Shown here piece after piece: positions 8,876-15,670 of a stretch of DNA of 44,773 nt (positions are counted from its first letter, which is position 1; the number at the start of each line of letters is the position of its first letter). The notes beneath the pieces are model-generated. The model saw only the letters and a list, made by a program, of their open reading frames with translations. It had not been told where the DNA came from and ran no database searches. Source of the DNA: a virus. A program made the position numbers and the translations under genes. Where the stretch lies: IMG/VR virus record IMGVR_UViG_3300024992_000010; one strand, written 5' to 3'.

Positions 8876-9129
8876 CCAAACCTCTCTGCCAGTTCTGCCA
8901 ACACATCCCCATGGCAAGGTTCTGGTGAGCACCAGCAGGCCAGGGTTTTCCCTTTAAGCTCATGCAGGGACTCAAGAAGCGCAACCTGCGTCACAACCCA
9001 CTCCCTGTATTTCTCGATCACTTCTTCACGAGTGCCGTCACGGCCCATCACGAACGGATTACCCCATTTGCTCGGCCTGCCGATATAAATGTCGTATGGG
9101 GATTTCTTGCAATGGACGACCTTTGTCAT
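8872..9129 (-). CDS. DUF4326 family protein
   Basis: KSPYDIYIGRPSKWGNPF...REEVIEKYREWV...LKGKTLACWCSPEPCHGDVL is the DUF4326 pattern. The start at 9129 forms an ATGA overlap. Confidence 0.7.
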   Translation of the reverse strand: MTKVVHCKKSPYDIYIGRPSKWGNPFVMGRDGTREEVIEKYREWVVTQVALLESLHELKGKTLACWCSPEPCHGDVLAELAERFG

Positions 9130-9374
9130 TTGGTCGGCCTCAACAGTCGAGCAATATGCCCCGCATAAACCGCAACCGCTTTCCAATATGCGGCCATTGG
9201 TGCCTTGTGGGATCGCCATGATTTCTCGGCGCGGGCTTGAGCATCCTGCCGGATGTCAAGCAGCAAAGAGCGAAGCGCGCTGCGGGCATCCGGCGAGAGA
9301 TCGGCAAGACGCCCCGCAGCTGGAAGAGATAAAAGTGGATTACGAACCTGTGCCGAAGTGCTACGTTCGCTCAT
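9126..9374 (-). CDS. Hypothetical early protein
   Basis: 82-aa ORF in the tightly overlapped operon. Confidence 0.5.
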   Translation of the reverse strand: MSERSTSAQVRNPLLSLPAAGRLADLSPDARSALRSLLLDIRQDAQARAEKSWRSHKAPMAAYWKAVAVYAGHIARLLRPTK

Positions 9375-9649
9375 GCATCCTCCTTGCCCACTCCAGATAT
9401 GCGCAGTGATCGGATCCGTTCATGCACCCACATGCTGGATATGATTCCAAATGGGCCGCCAGCCAAAAACGCTGCGATCTGCATACCGCCGGCATCCGGC
9501 GCAAGTTTGAACAGCACCAGGTTGCTGATCCCTATGCCGAAGCTCGTGAGGAACGCCGCAAGGTAACGGCCATGGTTGACGTTGAGGCTTTGCAGTCCCA
9601 GAAAAAACACCAGCGCGAATGTACTGGCGAATAGGGCAAGCTCATTCAT
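9371..9649 (-). CDS. Small membrane protein with three predicted TM helices (holin or exclusion candidate)
   Basis: 92 aa. Hydrophobic segments LALFASTFALVFFLGLQSL, YLAAFLTSFGIGISNLVLF and MQIAAFLAGGPFGIISSMWV. Confidence 0.55.
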   Translation of the reverse strand: MNELALFASTFALVFFLGLQSLNVNHGRYLAAFLTSFGIGISNLVLFKLAPDAGGMQIAAFLAGGPFGIISSMWVHERIRSLRISGVGKEDA

Positions 9650-9658
9650 GTTGAAAAA

Positions 9659-9976
9659 TCATGACGACCTGCCCGGCTCTACCCCGATGGCACGCAATGG
9701 GCGGTCGTAGATAGGCTCATCGGAATAGACGCATTGCAGCTCCCAGCGATCTTTCACGTTTGGCTTGAGTCTCGTGGCGATCAGTTTTTCACCGGCCTGC
9801 GAATCTGCACACATGGTAGACAGGCGGTTAATTTCTATTTTCTGTTCGCGATTCTGATTGCTGAGCCAGGAGATGAAGCCAATGACAGAAGCGACACCGA
9901 TGACGACTATCACTCCCATCACTCCGATAACCTGTCCCGGGTGATTCGGATCCGGCGGCTGATACCACGCAGTCAT
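9659..9976 (-). CDS. Membrane-anchored small protein
   Basis: The ATG at 9976 forms an ATGA overlap with the upstream stop. 105 aa with one TM (VIGVMGVIVVIGVASVIGFISWL). Confidence 0.5.
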   Translation of the reverse strand: MTAWYQPPDPNHPGQVIGVMGVIVVIGVASVIGFISWLSNQNREQKIEINRLSTMCADSQAGEKLIATRLKPNVKDRWELQCVYSDEPIYDRPLRAIGVEPGRSS

Positions 9977-10401
9977 AGCGGCCTCCGGATTGTCCATTCC
10001 ACCTTTACGTCGTGAATTTCTACGGACAGGATTCGATCGATGTATTCCGTGGTGACGATGCGCTGGGTTTCGATACCGCCCAGTTCGTCGCATTTTGCGA
10101 CGCCCTTGATAACGATGCGAGGAGCACGCCAGGCCAAATTGACCGACAGTACGACAAAACCACGATGCATCAGAATCAGGGCGACTCGCCGCATTGCCGT
10201 TATGGCATCCATGATCCCTTGATTTTCGATGCCTCCAATGCTTGAGGGGCCAGCGTGGGTGATCAACGCGTCATGATTCGCTTGGCCATGCTCCATGCCT
10301 TCAACCAGGTGTAACAAAGTCCTGGATCTCGCCACAGGTAATATGCGAGGAATAATCTGCTCACTTCTAGCCTCCATTTTTGTTATCCTCCGAATCGTCA
10401 A
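9973..10401 (-). CDS. Hypothetical early protein
   Basis: 142-aa ORF (an internal ATG at 10377 is also possible). No recognised motif. Confidence 0.45.
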   Translation of the reverse strand: MTIRRITKMEARSEQIIPRILPVARSRTLLHLVEGMEHGQANHDALITHAGPSSIGGIENQGIMDAITAMRRVALILMHRGFVVLSVNLAWRAPRIVIKGVAKCDELGGIETQRIVTTEYIDRILSVEIHDVKVEWTIRRPL

Positions 10402-10663
10402 TGCTCTCGCCTGCCAGCGCCATGTACGCCGCGCCGTTCAGGTAATCGTCGATGATGGGACGCCCATTCTGCGATCTGGAAAGTTTCAGAACGACCATGA
10501 ATACCCAGCCGTCGCGCTGGCTAAGAGAGTGCCCGGTAAGGGCATTGAATGTGGTCACCGCGCGAGCCATGCTGCGTTCTCCGTTCTCGCGGTCAAGCTG
10601 GTCTGCCCGCGCGGCAATTTCATCGGCGGCCGAAATGAGAATGTCTACCGCGGCATGTTTCAT
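10367..10663 (-). CDS. DUF6378-like phage protein
   Basis: 98 aa. ...RENGERSMARAVTTFNALTGHSLSQRDGWVFMVVLKLSR...DDYLNGAAYMAL is the pattern I associate with DUF6378. Confidence 0.45.
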   Translation of the reverse strand: MKHAAVDILISAADEIAARADQLDRENGERSMARAVTTFNALTGHSLSQRDGWVFMVVLKLSRSQNGRPIIDDYLNGAAYMALAGESIDDSEDNKNGG

Positions 10664-11337
10664 GCTGCCACCCTCCCCTCGTAAGCCTTACGGAGTGCCG
10701 CTCCACGCACGCGGCGGCGGGACGGGAAAATACGTTCGATTTCAGCACCTACGTCCTTCCGGCTCATGGTCAGGTATTCCATGCACGAGGCGATGCTGGT
10801 ATGGCCCAGCAGGTTTTTGAGGCGCACGAGTGCAGCCTGTGGGCTTCCCTCGCTGTTCTCGAGGAAGGTTACGGCGAACGTGTGCCGCAACCAGTGCGGC
10901 GATATCGCGGGGTCGATACCGGCCTCGATAGCAATCTCTTTCATGCGTTGCTGGTATGCGCGTTCCGACATGGCTTCGCCATTGCGCGACAGGACAAGTG
11001 GGTAAAGTTCCGGCAACTTGGAGATCGCCATACCTGCCATCTCCGCACATATACCCAGCAGGTCGCGCAGCGCATCCTGCACTTCCCCCTTCGCATGCAC
11101 CGAGAGATCACACGCCTTCTTTTTGCGGTGCTCTTTCGGGACAAATAGATATCCCGAGTTCAGCGCCGCCTGCGCATCGCCGACGGTCAACATGCTGAAC
11201 TCCTTTAGCCGCATGCCTGTCGTCAATAATAGACGCACCCAGGCATAATCCCGTCGTCCTAAGAGATCGCCCCTGCGCCGCATTGCACGGCGCAATTTCG
11301 ATTCTTCCTCATTGGTCAAACATCTGTTTCGTTTCAT
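10660..11337 (-). CDS. Small tyrosine recombinase (catalytic domain only)
   Basis: 225 aa. TGMRLKE (Arg), HWLRHTFAVTF (H-x-x-R), LLGHTSIASCMEYL (His...Tyr). No separate N-terminal core-binding or arm-binding domain. AGGAGGG Shine-Dalgarno 7 nt upstream. Confidence 0.8.
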   Translation of the reverse strand: MKRNRCLTNEEESKLRRAMRRRGDLLGRRDYAWVRLLLTTGMRLKEFSMLTVGDAQAALNSGYLFVPKEHRKKKACDLSVHAKGEVQDALRDLLGICAEMAGMAISKLPELYPLVLSRNGEAMSERAYQQRMKEIAIEAGIDPAISPHWLRHTFAVTFLENSEGSPQAALVRLKNLLGHTSIASCMEYLTMSRKDVGAEIERIFPSRRRVRGAALRKAYEGRVAA

Positions 11338-11406
11338 CGCTCGCCCTCCTGTTTAGTCCATGCTGCCTTTGTGCCCCACCCGCGCCGGCAGCTTGCGCGG
11401 ATAGTT

Positions 11407-11634
11407 TTAACCTTCCTGCGCAGCCTCAAGTTCTCCCATCCAAATCGCATTGCCTTCATCCATACCGGAACAAAAAGCATCGAATGCTGCAGTGCCTATC
11501 CGATGGACATGAACGATTGCTGCATCGTTGATACGAAGCTCCAGCAACGCTCTCACCCCAGCCTTATATTCCTGACTGCGTGCAACTCGGCCAGCGTGAA
11601 ATGCTTCGTTCATCAGTTCATCTACAGTTTTCAC
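11407..11634 (-). CDS. Hypothetical early protein
   Basis: 75-aa ORF with consistent strand and codon pattern. Confidence 0.45.
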   Translation of the reverse strand: MKTVDELMNEAFHAGRVARSQEYKAGVRALLELRINDAAIVHVHRIGTAAFDAFCSGMDEGNAIWMGELEAAQEG

Positions 11635-11815
11635 TTGCTATCCCCTTTAAGGCCGCTTGATGTTTTGGATTTGGTAAAAATTCGCGCCTCCAGTTCGCTG
11701 CGGAAAATGAGGCAAAACATGCGGTGGAAGCTGACCTCCTGCCCAGGCGAAAGATTGTCATCGATGGTCAAAAGGCCGCGCTTGGCAAGGCAGGCCGGAG
11801 CAGGATTCGTCCTCA

Positions 11816-12280
11816 CTAGACCATCTCCTTCATCCGTGCCAGGCCTTCGAGAATCGAAGCGATCCATTCGTATGATGCGCGCTCGATCTGCAGATACTCT
11901 TCTGCATCGATGCGATCATCGGTCGCGAGCGCGCAATGTATGGCGCGGTAAAAATCCCCGCCTTCCAGTCCAATCTTGGTGATATGCGCGATGAGCGCGG
12001 TAGTGGTGAGGTTGGAGAGGTCGGGCAATGAATAACACACCTCTCCCACGGTTGCGGCAAAGGCATGGAGAACGCGTTTATCGCCGCTCATGATGGTGAG
12101 AACCACTGCGTCGGCTAGGGTCGGTATGTGATGGCTTCTCTCGGTCGCGTTGGCCTTGTTGTACAACGTGCCCGTAGCGACAACCATCTTCCCCGCCAGC
12201 TCTTCTACTCCTCCCGGATATTCATGAACAACATCATGAAACGCTTGCTGGACGTTCTTCTGAATCGGTGCTCGCCCCAT
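11816..12280 (-). CDS. CII-like phage regulatory protein (CP76-type)
   Basis: 154 aa. Sits directly after the cro-like gene. ...GTLYNKANATERSHHIPTLADAVVLTIMSGDKRVLHAFA resembles the phage CII/CP76 family. GGAGGAGGG Shine-Dalgarno. Confidence 0.5.
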   Translation of the reverse strand: MGRAPIQKNVQQAFHDVVHEYPGGVEELAGKMVVATGTLYNKANATERSHHIPTLADAVVLTIMSGDKRVLHAFAATVGEVCYSLPDLSNLTTTALIAHITKIGLEGGDFYRAIHCALATDDRIDAEEYLQIERASYEWIASILEGLARMKEMV

Positions 12281-12367
12281 GTGTTAGCCCTCCTCCACAA
12301 TTAACCTATTACTTATCATCTTTTGCGGAGACACTAGGCTTGCAACAGCTGTATCACCGCATCAAAT

Positions 12368-12394
12368 CCGCCTCCGTGCTGCAACACGGAAGCG
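12368..12394 (-). terminator. Stem-loop 10 nt after the cro-like stop (tR1-like terminator/attenuator candidate)
   Basis: Minus strand reads CCGCTTCCGTG-ttgcag-CACGGAGGCGG followed by ATTTGAT. The U-tract is weak. Confidence 0.4.
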
Positions 12395-12403
12395 GATAAA
12401 TAT

Positions 12404-12622
12404 TTATGCCGTTTTCTTGATTACGAAACGATCTGGATAAAGCACTTGCTCTTCCGTAAGACCTCCATCGAAGAACCTGACTAGGCGTTCGGCGAGATTG
12501 GGCGAAACACCATGGTTTCCGCTTTCCACACGCGATATGGTCCCTGGAGAGCACTGAACCCCAGCTGCTACGTCGTAGATCGTGAGCCGGCGTTGAGTTC
12601 TGATTTGTTTAAGTGGCGTCAT
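12404..12622 (-). CDS. Cro-like XRE-family HTH repressor
   Basis: 72 aa. RLTIYDVAAGVQCSPGTISRVESG HTH. Divergent from the CI-like gene. Confidence 0.8.
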   Translation of the reverse strand: MTPLKQIRTQRRLTIYDVAAGVQCSPGTISRVESGNHGVSPNLAERLVRFFDGGLTEEQVLYPDRFVIKKTA

Positions 12623-12735
12623 GTTTCGTCTCTCGCAACATTATAGGCACATGTTGCGTGAAACGTAACAAGTTGTCAAGGAAAAGTTGCGCCCCACGTG
12701 TTGCGCGTTACGCAACATTAGATAAGAATGCCCCC
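12623..12735. promoter_or_regulatory. Divergent immunity switch with operators and PR-like/PRM-like promoters
   Basis: Palindromes CGCAACAT-N9-ATGTTGCG (12634-12658) and TGTTGCG-N5-CGCAACA (12699-12717), plus half-site AGTTGCG (12685-12691). Minus-strand TTACGT-17-TATAAT (-10 at 12645..12640). Plus-strand TTGCGC-17-AAGAAT (12701-12729). Confidence 0.7.
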
Positions 12736-13068
12736 ATGAAAATTGGGGGTGTTATCGAGGCTTGCCGCAACGATCTGGGATGGTCGCAAGATGAACTGGC
12801 TGACAAAACCGGTACAACGAAATCCAACTTATCCCGGATCGAAAAAGATAAACAATGGCCTCGCCCAGAACTATTGGAAGCCATTGCGGCCGCACTCGGC
12901 CTGAAGGTCTATCAAATATTCGCAGCGGCTGAAGGGATTGAATTGCCTATTGCGCCCCAAAAGCTTCCAAGGGGGGAAGACGAAATGTTGAATGCCTATC
13001 GAGGAATGGACAACAATGCCAGGTTACATTTCAAGGCAATCGCTTTGATGTTGGCGGCGAAACGATGA
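12736..13068 (+). CDS. CI-like XRE-family HTH repressor
   Basis: 110 aa from the ATG at 12736. WSQDELADKTGTTKSNLSRIEKDKQ HTH. No Shine-Dalgarno before the ATG. Confidence 0.8.
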   Translation: MKIGGVIEACRNDLGWSQDELADKTGTTKSNLSRIEKDKQWPRPELLEAIAAALGLKVYQIFAAAEGIELPIAPQKLPRGEDEMLNAYRGMDNNARLHFKAIALMLAAKR

Positions 13069-13108
13069 GGGTGGTAAATTCAGAGTGTTTTTGTCAATGA
13101 GATGAGAG

Positions 13109-13483
13109 ATGCGAAACTTCTTCGTCGTTGCTATCTGTTTTTTGCTGGCCTCCTGCATCACCATGTCGGTGACAAGGAAGCCCGAGAATATGACGAGGTT
13201 CTCGGTAAATGCCAATTACCAGGCTGCGTTCCGCATCATTGATGAAAATCTCAAAAAATGCTTTCCCGTAGGCTATGTGAATAGCACCATTTATCCTGAT
13301 CAGCAACGCGCAAATATTACCGTCGCCAGTAACCTAAGTAATACGGTATGGTTCTCGACCGATATTAAAGGCGACGGTAGCAATGCCGCTACTGGAGATT
13401 TTTATACCGTATACGCGAAACAGAGAGAGCAGATAAACAAGTTCAAGGAATGGGTAAATGAGGGAAAATCGGGCTGCAGTTAA
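13109..13483 (+). CDS. Lipoprotein co-oriented with the repressor (lysogenic-conversion or exclusion candidate)
   Basis: 124 aa. Signal peptide MRNFFVVAICFLLASC with lipobox LLAS-C. Composition looks lower in GC than the flanks. Confidence 0.7.
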   Translation: MRNFFVVAICFLLASCITMSVTRKPENMTRFSVNANYQAAFRIIDENLKKCFPVGYVNSTIYPDQQRANITVASNLSNTVWFSTDIKGDGSNAATGDFYTVYAKQREQINKFKEWVNEGKSGCS

Positions 13484-13707
13484 CCCATAAAGCTCTTCGC
13501 CGCCCAACCCATCACTCCACCTACCGCCAGCATCACAATCGCGATTCCGAACACAATTTGCGTCGTGTAAGGGGATTTCTCGATCGCGTCCAGACCTTTG
13601 TCCATCACGCCATCGGCCTGCTGATTCAGGCCTTTTGCCTCATCCAGCGCCTTTGAAAGTACGTCCTGAAGCGCGTTTATCTGGTTTTTTACTTCGTCAG
13701 CATTCAT
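13480..13707 (-). CDS. Tail-anchored small membrane protein
   Basis: The ATG at 13707 is preceded by GAGGAG. 75 aa with an amphipathic N-terminus and a C-terminal TM (IVFGIAIVMLAVGGVMGWAA). Confidence 0.55.
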   Translation of the reverse strand: MNADEVKNQINALQDVLSKALDEAKGLNQQADGVMDKGLDAIEKSPYTTQIVFGIAIVMLAVGGVMGWAAKSFMG

Positions 13708-13720
13708 GTCTAATCTCCTC

Positions 13721-13999
13721 TCAAAGATAATACGCAACCGTGAATAATCCTACCCCTACCAGCCAATCCAGAAGATAGTAGGCCAGCAGAAACAATGCGC
13801 AGCCTACCGACCAGAATATAAGGTCCAATTTGCCAACCGCCTGCCAGTCATGCTGAATCAATTCCCTGACTATCCCGATTCCCATTGCCAATACAGCGGC
13901 GGCCAGCACCGGAAAATATACGAATAGCGAAGTGAGCACGATGGCTATGACAACGTGCAGAACCTGATCCCGTATCTCGGCCCAGAGCGGCTTTACCAT
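13721..13999 (-). CDS. Small multi-TM membrane protein (holin-like candidate)
   Basis: 92 aa with about 3 hydrophobic helices. Confidence 0.5.
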   Translation of the reverse strand: MVKPLWAEIRDQVLHVVIAIVLTSLFVYFPVLAAAVLAMGIGIVRELIQHDWQAVGKLDLIFWSVGCALFLLAYYLLDWLVGVGLFTVAYYL

Positions 14000-14595
14000 G
14001 CGATCGCTTCCACCTCTACAATCGTGGTTGCTACATCGATCTCTGCCTTGCGGTCTTTCGCGCGGGTGTGCAGCTCGAGCGCGTAACCCGCGAGTGCTGC
14101 CGGCATGGCAATCATGGCTTCTCCATCCAGCGTCACCACGCTATTGTCCTGCGCCGTCCAGTCGATGGAGAACGGCTCCGCAGCTGCGATGGCTGCCTGT
14201 GCGGCAAGACAGGAAACGCTGATGCGCTGCACGCTGCGGGGGTCGGAATCGAAAATTTTTCCCAAATAGGTAAACCCTGACGCCTCGAGCGTATCGCGCC
14301 GTGAATTGATCTGGGCGTGCGCATCGGCCTTGGCCTGGTCTAGTGTCCGCGTCGGCTCGGCGCCCGCGGCTTTCCAACGGGTGATGTACTTCTGATAAGG
14401 ACGGAAAGCGGTGACGCCGATGGGCCGGTTGGGTTTGCGCTCCTGCGCCCCCGGATCGTATTCGATATGTCCAGCGCCGCTTCCGGTGTCGAACTGGACC
14501 GCGTGTATATCAGGATCCAGATCGGCCATGCCGACGGCACGGAATACGCCGTCAACACCGACAAATCCGTCATCCTGGATGATGGTGATTTTCAT
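13993..14595 (-). CDS. DUF4376-like tail-fibre-associated protein
   Basis: 200 aa. The C-terminal ...GFTYLGKIFDSDPRSVQRIS...WTAQDNSVVTLDGEAM... pattern is typical of DUF4376. Lies downstream of the tail fibre. Confidence 0.5.
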   Translation of the reverse strand: MKITIIQDDGFVGVDGVFRAVGMADLDPDIHAVQFDTGSGAGHIEYDPGAQERKPNRPIGVTAFRPYQKYITRWKAAGAEPTRTLDQAKADAHAQINSRRDTLEASGFTYLGKIFDSDPRSVQRISVSCLAAQAAIAAAEPFSIDWTAQDNSVVTLDGEAMIAMPAALAGYALELHTRAKDRKAEIDVATTIVEVEAIAW

Positions 14596-14894
14596 GACTT
14601 GTTCTCCAGTCGGTTATGGGTTTCTGCGAGGTGCAAAATCGCGTTTGCCATCTGCTGCGATGCAGTGACGGATTCATTCCGCAAGCTTTCCACTGCCGCG
14701 GCAGCCTGGCGCGTTTCCTTACTGGTCTCGATCATCAGCACCGGCAACCATTTGATGGCGCAATCGTGCATGTCGATATCGACTCCGGTCTGGGGATGCT
14801 TGCCACGTATTTGCACCCACCACTGGCAGCGATTCTCCACGCAGGCTCCCTTGAGCAGGGGACAAATGACTTCAGATTTACTGCTGCCGAACAT
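14592..14894 (-). CDS. Hypothetical Cys-rich small protein
   Basis: 100 aa. CPLLKGACVENRCQWW...HDCAIKW. ATGA overlap with the next gene. Confidence 0.5.
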   Translation of the reverse strand: MFGSSKSEVICPLLKGACVENRCQWWVQIRGKHPQTGVDIDMHDCAIKWLPVLMIETSKETRQAAAAVESLRNESVTASQQMANAILHLAETHNRLENKS

Positions 14895-14902
14895 GCTTAC
14901 TC

Positions 14903-15658
14903 CTAATTCTTGGTAGCGATGATCACATCGCTGTATTTGAGATTGAAATTGCTGATGGTGTGGGAGTGAGAACCGTTGCCACCGATATCTTCCCCGTTAT
15001 CACTCCATAAACTTCCTACGGCATCCATGAGATACATCCTGTTATCTCCATTAACCGTTACAGCCGTTGAGGTGTGCAAGGTCTTGTTCCTGTGCCGGTG
15101 CCACGGCATGTGAGCGATGCCAAGGGTAAAACCATCGGTTGCCTTGCTCCCCGTGAATGTGCCACTGAAGGGAGTTGTTCCGCCCGCGCCGACAGAGCTC
15201 GTAACCACCCGCAATGCGATATCGTTGTACGCGGAGTTGGTTTCCTTGTTCCATCCCGAGGGGGCGAATGTCTGCTGGAAGATCATCCGCGTGCCGGTGG
15301 GGAAAGCGCCATCAGGCTGCCATGATGGCGCGGCGCCGGGACCATTGGATCGCAGGACGGAACCGGCACTACCCGCGGCAAGCCGCACTAGTGTGCTGAC
15401 GCTACTCGCATAGAGCAGATCCCCGACGGCATAGGCCGTCTGCCCGGTCCCACCCTGGTTCCCCGGCACCGTGGGGATTTGCCCGGTCGGCACTTTGCCC
15501 CCGGCATCCAGTTCGGCAATTCCCGATGCCGCACCCTTGGAATCCTTCATCGCGTTGACGTTATCCGCCATCTGCTTGATCTGGGGACGCGCCACGGCGG
15601 GCGAATCCGTGCCGGCGTCCATGCTGGTGACATCGATTGTGACTGTAGGCCAGGCCAT
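14903..15658 (-). CDS. Tail fibre protein
   Basis: 251 aa. N-terminal ...GIAELDAGGKVPTGQIP...GGTGQTAYAVGDLLYASS fibre motif. The C-terminal region with HMPWHRH resembles a tail-collar domain. Confidence 0.75.
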   Translation of the reverse strand: MAWPTVTIDVTSMDAGTDSPAVARPQIKQMADNVNAMKDSKGAASGIAELDAGGKVPTGQIPTVPGNQGGTGQTAYAVGDLLYASSVSTLVRLAAGSAGSVLRSNGPGAAPSWQPDGAFPTGTRMIFQQTFAPSGWNKETNSAYNDIALRVVTSSVGAGGTTPFSGTFTGSKATDGFTLGIAHMPWHRHRNKTLHTSTAVTVNGDNRMYLMDAVGSLWSDNGEDIGGNGSHSHTISNFNLKYSDVIIATKN

Positions 15659-15670
15659 GATGGTTTTCCC

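Noticed and set aside
11631-11867. A 78-aa ORF between the CII-like gene and the next early ORF.
   Set aside because: It overlaps the CII-like C-terminus, has no ribosome-binding site and no recognisable features. I left 11635-11815 unannotated.
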